In this document: positions 18,026 to 27,180 of the stretch, one piece after another
Layout of the letters: the number at the start of each line of letters is the position of its first letter
How positions within the stretch are numbered: the first letter of the stretch is position 1
Translations under genes and position numbers: made by a program
Notes under the pieces: generated by a model
What the model was told of the DNA's origin: nothing
Seen by the model: the letters and a program-made list of their open reading frames with translations, nothing else
Database searches by the model: none
Virus record (IMG/VR): IMGVR_UViG_3300036819_000087
Coordinates: 32,001 to 96,000 of that record
Strand: one strand, 5' to 3'
DNA from: a virus
Length of the DNA: 64,000 nucleotides

Positions 18026-20365
18026 TCACTGGCTGTGATCCCCGGGCTTGGGGAGGCCGGGCGGGACCGGGGCCTTCCAGACCCATTTCTGGGCCGCGCC
18101 GCCGGCCCCGTTGGTCCCGACCAGGTCCGCCAGCCTCAGTTTGTGCATGTAGGCGAGGGTGACCGCTTTGTTGATCTTGAGGATGGCGGCGAGTTCCCGA
18201 GCCGATTTACCCCCGCTGACCAGGGCGTTCACGATGACCACGAAACGATCTTGGGGGATTTCGTGCAGGTCGGCGACCTGCTGCCACTGGACGGCGCGCG
18301 CCTGCCGCATCTGTTCCTCGGTGACCTCGGGCCGGATCGTGGCCGGGTCGGGGGTGCTGTCGAGGACGCGGCGGACCTCGTCGGCTTTGGTGCCGAGGCC
18401 CTGGACCATCTCGTCCAGGCCGGGGACTTCTTCTCGCATCATGCGCTCCAGTTCGTCGAACGAGGTGCCGGCGGCGGGCCGGTCGAGGGTGGCCACGGCC
18501 GCACCGTCCCATTCGGGGGAGGGGCTGGCGTCAGCATTTGCTGACGGGGTGGGGGTGGGCTGGGTGGTGGGGGTGAACCGGTCCCACTGGCCGCGTGCCC
18601 AGCGGGCGAACACGTCCTCGCCGAGGAGCTGGTCGAGTTCGTCGCCGAGGAAGTCCCGCAGTTCCGGTTCGAGCTGCGGCTGGTGGCGGGCGCGGGCGTT
18701 GACCAGTTCGTCGATGTCCTCGGTGTCGCGGAGCTTCCAGGTGCGGCCCATCGTGGTGGCGGCGCCCATCTCGGGGACGAACCCCCACACGCCCTTGGCG
18801 GTGCCGCCGTAGGTGGTCATGTCGGGCATCCACGAGTTCTGGCCGAGGAGCAGCGCGGACTCGTTCGGGTTGGTGATGCGGCTCACGGCGAACGTGTCGA
18901 CCAGGGGCCGGATGTTGGCCCCGGAGGGGCCGCCCATCCAGTCGGCGGTGGCCCGCTGCCCGGCGGTGACCCAGGCGATGCCCTCGGACCGGTCCTTGCT
19001 GTACGCCTGGCCGAGGAGTTTCGCGACGGCGGGGAACTTCGCGGCCGCGTCGATCTCGTCGATGATCACCAGGATGAGGGGGGCTTTGCGGGTGGGCCGG
19101 TGGTCACGGTTCCCGCGTCGGGTGTCGCGGTGCTGGGACCGCCACCAGCGGATCTTCTGGAGCAGGCGGAGGATGCGGACCGCGCGGGTCCACTGGTCCG
19201 GGCCGATCGCGGTCAGGTGGCACGCTGGCGCCCAGTCGAGCAGCTCGGACGCCTTGTCCAGGTTGATGCCGATGGTGAGGACATCCCGGCAGGCGGTGCC
19301 CCGCTCGTAGATGCAGTTCATGAGGGTTGATTTGCCCGCGCCGCGGGTGCCGAGGAGGTAGGCGACCCGGGCACCGTCCTCGGTCCAGACCGGGAGGGTG
19401 AGGACCCGGCCGGTTTCGGGAGCCTGGCCGACGGGGAACGGGTCGTGGCAGGTGGCCTCGTTCAGGCCGGGCAGCTCGATCTCATGGTCGGCGACCAGCG
19501 CCGGGTGCTTGATCGGCCGTTTCCACGGGTTGCGGTACTGAATGGTGACCTGGACGCGGCCGGCGCGGGAGTTCGCCGGGACCGTAACCTGGACCTGGGC
19601 GGGGCGGAGCCCTTCCGCGCCGGCGATCGTTTCGGCGTAGTGGCCGGCGCGGGACCGGAAGTACGACGCTTTCTTGCCGGTGCCGTTCACGTCGAACAGC
19701 CACGCCTCCCCGACCCGGGTGTCCCAGTGGTTCAGCAGGAGCGCCCCGTGCATGTCCCAGCTTGCGGCGCGGTGCTGCCACGCGGTTTTCTCCGCCTGCC
19801 ACTGGCGGGCGTACACGGCGGAGGGGAGGTGGTGGACCCACCACCAGGCGACCGCGGTGGTCAGCGCCCACAGCATCGTCAGGGACGGGACACCGAACGG
19901 GCCGCCGAGCACGCCACCCGGCTGGCCTGCGGTCCAGGCGACCCATGCGCCGGTGATCAGGCCGCCGACGGCCAGGCGGCGGGCCCCGGCCATGTGGTTG
20001 CGGCGTTCCCCGGTCCGCTTGTCCTTGCGGCCCGCCGAGCCGGCCAGGAGCGTCACCGACTCGAACACCAGGGTGGCGACCACAATGTCATGGCCGGGGA
20101 GCCCGGTCACGTGCATGATCTCAGCGGCGGTCCACGCGACCGCGGCGGCCTTCCACACGCGGCGGGCCTCGCGGCCGGTGCTGGTGGGGGGGCGGCGGGT
20201 CAGCGTGTTGTCGTCGCTGCCACCCAGGTCCTCCTCGTCACCCCACTCATCCCCATCATCTGCCTCATCCCGGTCATTCGGCTGGTCTATCCGGTAGGGG
20301 GCGGTGGCATAGGGGTCACGGTCGTCGCTCCACTCGGCGGTGGCGTCCGGGTCGGGGTGGGTCAC
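18026..20365 (-). CDS. FtsK/SpoIIIE-family (TraB-like) DNA translocase
   Basis: N-terminal TM helices, GTRGAGKST Walker A, LVIIDEID Walker B, AGQRAT, C-terminal winged HTH (KSARELAAILKINK). Confidence 0.85.
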   Translation of the reverse strand: MTHPDPDATAEWSDDRDPYATAPYRIDQPNDRDEADDGDEWGDEEDLGGSDDNTLTRRPPTSTGREARRVWKAAAVAWTAAEIMHVTGLPGHDIVVATLVFESVTLLAGSAGRKDKRTGERRNHMAGARRLAVGGLITGAWVAWTAGQPGGVLGGPFGVPSLTMLWALTTAVAWWWVHHLPSAVYARQWQAEKTAWQHRAASWDMHGALLLNHWDTRVGEAWLFDVNGTGKKASYFRSRAGHYAETIAGAEGLRPAQVQVTVPANSRAGRVQVTIQYRNPWKRPIKHPALVADHEIELPGLNEATCHDPFPVGQAPETGRVLTLPVWTEDGARVAYLLGTRGAGKSTLMNCIYERGTACRDVLTIGINLDKASELLDWAPACHLTAIGPDQWTRAVRILRLLQKIRWWRSQHRDTRRGNRDHRPTRKAPLILVIIDEIDAAAKFPAVAKLLGQAYSKDRSEGIAWVTAGQRATADWMGGPSGANIRPLVDTFAVSRITNPNESALLLGQNSWMPDMTTYGGTAKGVWGFVPEMGAATTMGRTWKLRDTEDIDELVNARARHQPQLEPELRDFLGDELDQLLGEDVFARWARGQWDRFTPTTQPTPTPSANADASPSPEWDGAAVATLDRPAAGTSFDELERMMREEVPGLDEMVQGLGTKADEVRRVLDSTPDPATIRPEVTEEQMRQARAVQWQQVADLHEIPQDRFVVIVNALVSGGKSARELAAILKINKAVTLAYMHKLRLADLVGTNGAGGAAQKWVWKAPVPPGLPKPGDHSQ

Positions 20366-20415
20366 GGTCGTGATCCTCTCGGGGCAGGCGGGCGGGCAGG
20401 AGAAGGGAAGGGGGG

Positions 20416-21213
20416 TTAGGCGGCGGCGCCGTCGCCGAACCACTGGCGGGCGTTGTTCGGCAGCGGGGTGCCGTCCGCGACCGCGTTGCGGGTCGCGGCG
20501 TACTCGGCGACCATCCGCTGGTTATGCGCGGCGACCAGCAGGGAGGCGTCCATCGCGCTGTCGGCGATCTCGATCAGGCCGGCGATGATGGCCGGGGACA
20601 GGTTCCACACGGCGGTCAGGTTGTCGGTGTGGGCCAGGATCGCCTGGGAGAAGTGGAGGAGCCCCGCCGACCAGCCCCGGACCGTGGACAGTTCGCCGGC
20701 CTCGTTCTCCGGGACGAACCCGGCGATCGCGGTGGAGAGCTGGACCCACAGGGCGGGCACGTCCTGCTGGCCGATCACCGCCGGGTCCGGGGGGGCGGCG
20801 CGCAGGTCGTCGCGGAGGGACGGCACGTCCCGGACCGTGTCTGGGGTCGCGTCCGGGCCTGGGCCACCCGCAGCCGGGACGGGACGGACACGCTGGACCG
20901 GTGCGGTGACCGCCCCGTCCTGGTGGCCACGCCAGGCCGACTCACGGGCCTTCCTGATTCCCAGAGACACACCCCACCGGGCCCGCATGAGCAGCCAGCC
21001 GGACAGCCAGCACAGTTTGTCCCATGCCAGGGTGAGCATCAATCTGGGTGCTCTCCTGACGGCCAGTATCAGCACCTTCCAGTGGGACAGGTGCCCGATT
21101 CTGGAATCAGAACGGGATGCGTCCTCTTCCAGCACTTTGTACAGGTAGGCAACCGACCAGGAAAATCCGATCAGGAAAATCGGGAGGAACAGGACGAAAA
21201 AGAGGCTGAGCAT
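20416..21213 (-). CDS. Membrane-anchored hypothetical protein upstream of traB-like gene
   Basis: Hydrophobic N-terminus, helical C-terminus; AGAAAGGA RBS. Confidence 0.6.
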   Translation of the reverse strand: MLSLFFVLFLPIFLIGFSWSVAYLYKVLEEDASRSDSRIGHLSHWKVLILAVRRAPRLMLTLAWDKLCWLSGWLLMRARWGVSLGIRKARESAWRGHQDGAVTAPVQRVRPVPAAGGPGPDATPDTVRDVPSLRDDLRAAPPDPAVIGQQDVPALWVQLSTAIAGFVPENEAGELSTVRGWSAGLLHFSQAILAHTDNLTAVWNLSPAIIAGLIEIADSAMDASLLVAAHNQRMVAEYAATRNAVADGTPLPNNARQWFGDGAAA

Positions 21214-21228
21214 TTCCGGGTGTCCTTT

Positions 21229-21951
21229 CTAATACCAGCCGTGGATGTTTTCGTGGTCGAGCGCTTTGCAGGGGGTGCCGTACACGTCGTGGATGTCGGC
21301 GAGGCCCCACCGGATTTGGGTCGCGGGGTCGGCCCGGCCCCCGAGGTCGGCGGGCCGGCCAGCGACCGGGTACTTGTAGGCGGGGCGGGCCTGCGCGATC
21401 CCGAACGCGAACACGTAGGAGCCGGGCCCGTCCCCGCCGGCGTGGGTGACGCGGGTGTCGGCGGTGTCCGACCAGCCCGACTCGCGGGTCCACAGCTCGT
21501 TGAGGCAGCCGGCCTGGGTGCCGGTCCAGCCGTCCAGGCAGCCGGCGAGCCTGTCACCGAGGGCCTGGTTGCTGGCCGGGGTGCCGCCGCCGCCGGGGGC
21601 CGAGCACGACGGGGCAGGATGATGGACGGCGTGGATGACAGGCCGGACCACTGGCCGGACCACGGCCTTGGCCGCACCCGGATCCGCGCCAGCACCAGCG
21701 GCGGCGAACGCAGCGACAGCCAGGCCAGCGACCACCAGCGGGTGGGGGCCTCGTCGCTGGCCGAGACGGAGCGGCTTCTGGAACAGGGACGGGCGCGGCC
21801 CATGGAACCGGCGGGACCGGCGGGCCTGCCGCCGCGTCGGCGGCCGGTGGAAGTCGTACCCGTCCAGAGGCATGAGCTGGCCCCTACCGGCTCTCGCCGG
21901 AGCAGCGTTGGCGGCCGAACCAGCCCAGTTTGTAGGTCTCCGAACGGCCAC
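21229..21951 (-). CDS. Lytic transglycosylase-like protein
   Basis: CLNELWTRESGW...FGIAQA...TQIRWGL...YGTPC...HGWY; TM segment upstream. Confidence 0.85.
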   Translation of the reverse strand: MAVRRPTNWAGSAANAAPARAGRGQLMPLDGYDFHRPPTRRQARRSRRFHGPRPSLFQKPLRLGQRRGPHPLVVAGLAVAAFAAAGAGADPGAAKAVVRPVVRPVIHAVHHPAPSCSAPGGGGTPASNQALGDRLAGCLDGWTGTQAGCLNELWTRESGWSDTADTRVTHAGGDGPGSYVFAFGIAQARPAYKYPVAGRPADLGGRADPATQIRWGLADIHDVYGTPCKALDHENIHGWY

Positions 21952-22108
21952 CGGGATGCACGGTCACCGAGCCGAGGCAGCGGCCGCACTGGCCGTTGTA
22001 TGTCTGGATGTTGCGTCTAATCCTCCAGGTCATCTTGTGGCCTTTGCCGCGGAGACGGCGCGTCCATTCCTTTTTGGCCTCGTTGCGCTGTTCGATCTCG
22101 GTAGCCAT
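21884..22108 (-). CDS. Small basic GHxMxW-CxxC protein (paralog 2)
   Basis: LRGKGHKMTW...GQCGRC. Confidence 0.6.
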   Translation of the reverse strand: MATEIEQRNEAKKEWTRRLRGKGHKMTWRIRRNIQTYNGQCGRCLGSVTVHPGGRSETYKLGWFGRQRCSGESR

Positions 22109-22110
22109 GG

Positions 22111-22344
22111 TCAGCGGCCTCCCCGGATTCGGCGGCATCCAGGCCACTTCAGGTCGGTGGTGTCGACGCTGCCGCCGAGGTAGACGGTGATCTCGCCGGG
22201 GCAGTTCTTGCAGCGGCCGTGCCAGCGCCTGCTGCGGCCCCCGCTGTACTTCCACTGCATGACGTGGCCGTGTTTGCGGAGCTTGTCAGCCCAGTCGCGT
22301 TTAGCGGCGGTGCGCGCCTGCGCCGGGGTGATCTGGTTGCGCAT
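22111..22344 (-). CDS. Small basic GHxMxW-CxxC protein (paralog 3)
   Basis: LRKHGHVMQW...GRCKNC. Confidence 0.65.
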   Translation of the reverse strand: MRNQITPAQARTAAKRDWADKLRKHGHVMQWKYSGGRSRRWHGRCKNCPGEITVYLGGSVDTTDLKWPGCRRIRGGR

Positions 22345-22346
22345 GG

Positions 22347-22934
22347 TCAGTACCTCAGTCCGGGGATGCGGCCGTAGCCGACGATGGTGGTTTCGGTGGG
22401 GGACCAGGCGCGGACCTGGACGTACGCGCCGGTGTGGGGTGCCTCGACCACCCGGCCGCCACCGACATAGGTGACGACGTGGCCGGGGGACGGGTCGGGG
22501 TCGCCGGGCCATTGCTCGAAGATCAGGTCACCCGGTTCGAGCTGGCTGTAGGAGATGCGGGTGGTCCAGGCGTACTGGGCTTCGCTGGTCCGCGCCCCGG
22601 TGTCGATACCGATCTGGTGGAGCGCCCAGAAGTTCAGCCCGGAACAGTCGAACTCGCTGGGTCCGATCGCCCCGTACACGTACGGGTCGCCGGTCTTGGA
22701 TTCCTCCAGGTGGAGGAACTCGGTAGCGGTCGGCCCGCTGCCCCCGCCGGCGGCGGCCGCGGCGTGCGCGGGAGCCGCCGTGGCGGCGGGGTGCTTGGCC
22801 TGGTGGACAGCGGCGTGCGCGCCGGTCGAGGCCAGCGCGCACACCACCACCCCGGCCATCACCCCGGCCGCCCAGCCGGGGACACCGCTGGCGCGGCGCC
22901 CGTACCGGCGGCGGAGAGCATCGGGAGAGGTCAT
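22347..22934 (-). CDS. NlpC/P60 cell-wall peptidase
   Basis: GDPYVYGAIGPSEFDCSGL...PGDLIF...GHV...VEAPHTG; signal/TM segment. Confidence 0.92.
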   Translation of the reverse strand: MTSPDALRRRYGRRASGVPGWAAGVMAGVVVCALASTGAHAAVHQAKHPAATAAPAHAAAAAGGGSGPTATEFLHLEESKTGDPYVYGAIGPSEFDCSGLNFWALHQIGIDTGARTSEAQYAWTTRISYSQLEPGDLIFEQWPGDPDPSPGHVVTYVGGGRVVEAPHTGAYVQVRAWSPTETTIVGYGRIPGLRY

Positions 22935-22937
22935 CGG

Positions 22938-23252
22938 TTACCGGCTCACAGACCAGCCGCCAGCGGTCCGCTGGCTGCCCTTGTCCTTGCCCCGGCCGAA
23001 CGGGGCCACGAGGATCCCCGTGGCCGCCGCGACCGCGAAGAAGATCACGAATAGGACGACCCACGCGCCGATCATGTTGCTGGTCACGGAGGTGTGGGTG
23101 ACGGCGGCGTGGTGGGCGATCGCCGTCTTGTGCTTGTCGTTGATGTAGCCGACAGCGACCGACGCGGCGGCCACCGACGCGACGATCGCGCCGAACAGCC
23201 AGCGGCCGAACGTCAGCGGCTTGCTCTCGCGATTGCGGTTGTTGCTGCTCAA
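22938..23252 (-). CDS. Two-TM membrane protein
   Basis: Two hydrophobic segments; AAGGAG RBS. Confidence 0.6.
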   Translation of the reverse strand: MSSNNRNRESKPLTFGRWLFGAIVASVAAASVAVGYINDKHKTAIAHHAAVTHTSVTSNMIGAWVVLFVIFFAVAAATGILVAPFGRGKDKGSQRTAGGWSVSR

Positions 23253-23305
23253 CGGGGTGTCTCCTTTGGTGTGGCGTTGGCCCGGCCGGTTGGCCGGGCC
23301 ACGAT

Positions 23306-23671
23306 CTAGACCGCTTCGGCTTCTATGCCTTCGCGCTTGAGACGGCGGCGTTCCCGTTCGGACATGCCGCCCCAGATCCCGAACCGCTCATCGTTGGCGA
23401 GGGCGAATTCGAGGCAGTCGGCGCGGACCTCACAGGACCGGCACACCTTCTTGGCCTCCCTCGTCGACCCGCCCTTCTCGGGGTAGAAGGCTTCGGGGTC
23501 GGTTTGGGCGCACAGGGCCCGGTCCTGCCAGCCGAGTTCGTTGCCCTCGTCGGTCACTTCGCCGACGAAGCTCTCGTCGAGGGGCTCAACCGTGACCAGG
23601 GGGCCGGCGATGGGGCCGGCCGCGCCGGGGCTGGCCGCGAGGGTGGAGACGCGGACACGGGCGGCGCTCAT
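23306..23671 (-). CDS. whiB: WhiB-family Fe-S transcription factor (WhiB/WhiB2-like)
   Basis: WQDRALCAQTDPEAFYPEKGGSTREAKKVCRSCEVRADCL...GIWGGMSERERRRLKR. Confidence 0.95.
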   Translation of the reverse strand: MSAARVRVSTLAASPGAAGPIAGPLVTVEPLDESFVGEVTDEGNELGWQDRALCAQTDPEAFYPEKGGSTREAKKVCRSCEVRADCLEFALANDERFGIWGGMSERERRRLKREGIEAEAV

Positions 23672-24198
23672 GACTTGGCCGCCTTCCGCAGGTCGGCGAA
23701 GTTCGTGCACCGGACCTCGACCAGGGCGGTGAACTCGGACACGCTTCGCGCGTGGAGCGGACGGACCGGGCCGGTGTGCTCGACCACCAGGTCGGCCTTG
23801 TAGCCGTAGAACTGGCGGGCGCGGTACACAGCGTCCTGCTCGATATCGTCGAGGTCGCGGCCCTCGGCCTGGTCGGCGATGAACAGGTCCGGGCCGGGGC
23901 GGGGGGCGGGTTCCCGGTTGGCGCGCATGACGGCCAGCAGGTCGGGACGAGGCTGATCCGGGGCGGGCGGGGCGGGACAGCCGAACAGGTCAAGGAACGA
24001 GGGCATGAGGGTTCTCCAGGGAAGGAACAGGACGGCCGCGCCGAGGAACACGACCAGGGCGGCGGCGGCGGCCAGCCAGCACAGACCGGACTGGCAGGTC
24101 CAGCCGCCGGTAACAGCCAGGACGGCGACCACGGCGGCCGCGTCTCCGCACACGGCGGCACGCCGTCGTGTGCGGGCGCGGGGGGTGATCTCAGTCAC
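23668..24198 (-). CDS. Hypothetical protein, paralog of 24191-24556
   Basis: ARQFYG...TGPV...VEVRCTNF. Confidence 0.6.
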   Translation of the reverse strand: MTEITPRARTRRRAAVCGDAAAVVAVLAVTGGWTCQSGLCWLAAAAALVVFLGAAVLFLPWRTLMPSFLDLFGCPAPPAPDQPRPDLLAVMRANREPAPRPGPDLFIADQAEGRDLDDIEQDAVYRARQFYGYKADLVVEHTGPVRPLHARSVSEFTALVEVRCTNFADLRKAAKS

Positions 24199-24556
24199 GG
24201 GGGGCCTCCTCACGCCGGCCGCCGAAGTCGGCGGTGGCCGGGTCGGCCTCGTCGAGGAACTCGGCCAGTTCGGTCAGGAGCCGGACGGTGCCCTGCTCAG
24301 CAAGCTGGTCGCGGAACACGTCGAGGGCATCGGTGTAGTTGCCGCAGTGGACCGTCACGCGGGCGGTGACCGGGCCGGGCGCGCGGGGTGACAGCGACGC
24401 GGACAGGGGGCCGATGTAGGCGACCCGGAGGCGGGCGGCTGGCCCGTACACGCGCTGCGCATGGTCGAGGGCGTAGACGATCAGGCCGGGGATTCCGGAG
24501 CCGAAAGCGTCGAGGCTGAACCAGTCGGGGCTGTCGGGGCGGGGTGTCGTGGTCAC
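24191..24556 (-). CDS. Hypothetical protein, paralog of 23668-24198
   Basis: AQRVYG...IGPL...VTVHCGNY. Confidence 0.6.
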   Translation of the reverse strand: MTTTPRPDSPDWFSLDAFGSGIPGLIVYALDHAQRVYGPAARLRVAYIGPLSASLSPRAPGPVTARVTVHCGNYTDALDVFRDQLAEQGTVRLLTELAEFLDEADPATADFGGRREEAPRD

Positions 24557-25199
24557 GATGCCTCCTGCGCGAGAGCGCGGGCGGTGCGGGCGTCGGCCAG
24601 CAGGACGGCGGCGAGGCCGTGGTCTGGCTTGGGGCCAGAGATGGCGTCCTCGGCCTGTGCGGTGAACCGCGCGGCGAGCGCCTCGTACACCTCGGGGCCG
24701 GCATCGACGAGGATGCCGCCGGTGAACATGCCGGCGGCGGTGGCACCGGGGCCGATACGGAGGGGGCGCTCGTAGCGGCCGGCGAGGATCACGGCGCGGA
24801 GGCTGGCCCTGATCTCATCGGGGGTCCCGGCGGTGGCCGTCTCCTCGTCCACCCAGACGATGACCGGGGCGGGGGCGGTCATCCCGCGCTCCTCAGCGAC
24901 TGGGGGGGCCGACCGCAGCGTGCGCAGAAGATCCGGCGACGGTGGCGGATCAGGCTGTCCTCCGGGTGGCAGGGCGATGGTGCAAGTTCCCGGGAACTGG
25001 CGGAGGGGTTGCCGCCAGTCATGCCCCAGGCGGCTTGTGCACGGGCGAGGGCGGCTGCCCCCGCGCGCCGATTGGGCTTGACGAACCTGGTTGCTACAGT
25101 GGCCATGTCGTTTCCTTCCTGGGCGGATGGGGCGATGTGGTGAGCAGGGCGACGGCCGCGGAGTGAGGGCTCCGTGGCCGTTCGCGTTGTAGGAGCAGT

Positions 25200-25442
25200 T
25201 CATGCGGGCACCGCCGACAGGCCGGGGCGTGCGGGGCGGAGCCGGGTGCGGGCGATGTAGGCGTCATAGGACGCCACCGTCACGCGGAGGGTGCGGCCGA
25301 ACTGATTCGCGACCAGTTCACCGGAGTGGATCAGGCCACGGACCCAGTCCTCGTCCCGGTCCCACGCGGCCGCGATCGCCTGAACCGAATAGAACGGGTC
25401 AGGTGCGGGGGCCGCTTGCGTCTCGGCGGGGGATTCACTCAC
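25200..25442 (-). CDS. Excisionase-like HTH protein
   Basis: FYSVQAIAAAW...VRGLIHSGELVANQFGRTLRV. Confidence 0.8.
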   Translation of the reverse strand: MSESPAETQAAPAPDPFYSVQAIAAAWDRDEDWVRGLIHSGELVANQFGRTLRVTVASYDAYIARTRLRPARPGLSAVPA

Positions 25443-25534
25443 CCGTGGGACCACCTCTCTGGACCTGGCAGGCCCGGAAGGCACCTCGGTTCACCGCAAG
25501 TGCCCTCACGGACCCGCATAAGCCGGTTTGGTAA

Positions 25535-25567
25535 TGACAGTACAGACCGAACGGACCGAACTGTCAA
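25535..25567 (-). promoter_or_regulatory. Leftward promoter/operator of the transfer module
   Basis: TTGACA...TACTGT on minus strand (19-bp spacer); TGACAG/CTGTCA inverted repeat enclosing GACCGAA x2. Confidence 0.55.
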
Positions 25568-25633
25568 TGGGTTCGGGAAAGTCCGGGTTACGCTTTCCGG
25601 TGGCAACCGAGGCGACCAGGGAGGACCCGGGCA

Positions 25634-26383
25634 GTGACCGAGTGGGAGAAAATCGCCAGCGACCTGCGGCGGAAGATCGAGGCGGGGGAGTTCACCGACG
25701 GGCGTCTGCCGACGGAACGGGACCTCGCCGAGGAGTACGAGGTGGCGCGGCCCACCGTTCAGCGGGCGCTGGTCAGCCTCACCAACGACGGGCTCCTCGA
25801 ACCGGGGCAGGGCCGGCGGGGCCGGCGGATCCGCCGGAACCGGCCGCTGGTATTCCATGTGCTGCGGTCAGAGTCACCGGCGGCGATCGCCGAGCACGCG
25901 GCGGCCGGGGTTGACTCGTGGACGGCCGCCGCGACCGAACAGGACCGGGCCGGCGGGCAGCAGATCTCGGTGGCGATCGAGGAGGCCAGCGCCAGCATCG
26001 CCGCCCACCTCGGCATCGGCCAGGGCGGCGAGGTCACTGTCCGGCGCCGGGTCCGCACCCTCGATGGTGAACCGCACAACCTCGCCACCACCTACTACCC
26101 GCGGTCGCTGACCGGCGGGTCGGCGATCGAGGGGCCGGGGGATATCCCGCAGGGCACCATCGCGCTCCTGGGGGAGATGGGCTGGCCCCAGACCAGATCC
26201 CGCGACGAGATCGGCACCCGGATGCCGGCCCCGGCCGAACGGGAACAGCTTGAGGTGCCGCCCGGTGTCCCGGTGCTGGTCCACGTCCGTGTCGGGTACA
26301 GCGGGGACACCCCGGTCAAGGTGACAGTGACGATCTGGCCGGGGGACCGGGCCCGCCTGGTGTATGAGGACGGGGACGTGTGA
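25634..26383 (+). CDS. GntR (HutC/KorSA-like) regulator with UTRA domain
   Basis: IASDLRRKIEAGE...LPTERDLAEEYEVARPTVQRAL; UTRA-type C-terminus; divergent from transfer genes. Confidence 0.92.
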   Translation: MTEWEKIASDLRRKIEAGEFTDGRLPTERDLAEEYEVARPTVQRALVSLTNDGLLEPGQGRRGRRIRRNRPLVFHVLRSESPAAIAEHAAAGVDSWTAAATEQDRAGGQQISVAIEEASASIAAHLGIGQGGEVTVRRRVRTLDGEPHNLATTYYPRSLTGGSAIEGPGDIPQGTIALLGEMGWPQTRSRDEIGTRMPAPAEREQLEVPPGVPVLVHVRVGYSGDTPVKVTVTIWPGDRARLVYEDGDV

Positions 26384-26946
26384 TGCCGTTCATCCACAAA
26401 GCCGAACCGGGTCACCTGGCCGAGGTCCACGACGTGCTCCACTCAGCGGCTGAGGACCTTCACCGGCGGGGCATCGATCAGTGGCCGGACGGGTCACCGA
26501 ACTTCGAGCCGGCCGCGCTGGCCACCCAGATCCGGCGGGGCGAGTTCTGGATGGTCCGGGACCGGGCACTGCTGCCGGTCGCGGTGATCGCCGTGTCCTA
26601 CCGCGGCGACCCCGATTTCTGGACCCCCGCCGAGCTGGCCGCCCACGCCGTGTACCTGTCGAAAGCGGCGATCCTGCCGCGTCTGCGCGGGTTGGGGCTC
26701 GGCGCGTCCCTGTTCCGGTGGGCGGTCGACCTGGGATGGCGGGAAGGCACCGACGTGGTCCGCCTCGACGCCTGGTCAGCGAACAAGCAGCTCCACGGCT
26801 ACTACCAGGCGCGGGGGTGGCGGTTCATCCGCAACGACCCTCCGGAAGGACGCCGGTCCGGGGCCCTGTTCGATCGGCCCGCGGTCCCGGACCCGGACGC
26901 GCGGCGCATGTTCCGGCGGGTGCCGCCGCCGGCGATGGCCCTCTAG
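26380..26946 (+). CDS. GNAT acetyltransferase
   Basis: RGLGLG motif; VRLDAWSANKQLHGYYQARGW. Confidence 0.88.
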   Translation: MMPFIHKAEPGHLAEVHDVLHSAAEDLHRRGIDQWPDGSPNFEPAALATQIRRGEFWMVRDRALLPVAVIAVSYRGDPDFWTPAELAAHAVYLSKAAILPRLRGLGLGASLFRWAVDLGWREGTDVVRLDAWSANKQLHGYYQARGWRFIRNDPPEGRRSGALFDRPAVPDPDARRMFRRVPPPAMAL

Positions 26947-26967
26947 CTGGACACGCCCACCTGGCCG

Positions 26968-27180
26968 ATGATGGCCGGTATGGGTGTCTTGCTGCTGATC
27001 GGGGCCGTGTTCGGTGTGCTAGCCGGGTGGCGGTTCAAAACCACCCACTATGCGTGGTTCGAGTGGCGGAAAACGGTCAACGCGGTGCCGATCCTGCGGA
27101 AGATCTTCTACGGGTCGGTGCGGGCTGTCGCCGGGTGGGCGGTCGCCGCCCTGATCCTGGTCATCGTCGCCGTGCACTGA
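26968..27180 (+). CDS. Small two-TM membrane protein
   Basis: Hydrophobic termini. Confidence 0.55.
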   Translation: MMAGMGVLLLIGAVFGVLAGWRFKTTHYAWFEWRKTVNAVPILRKIFYGSVRAVAGWAVAALILVIVAVH

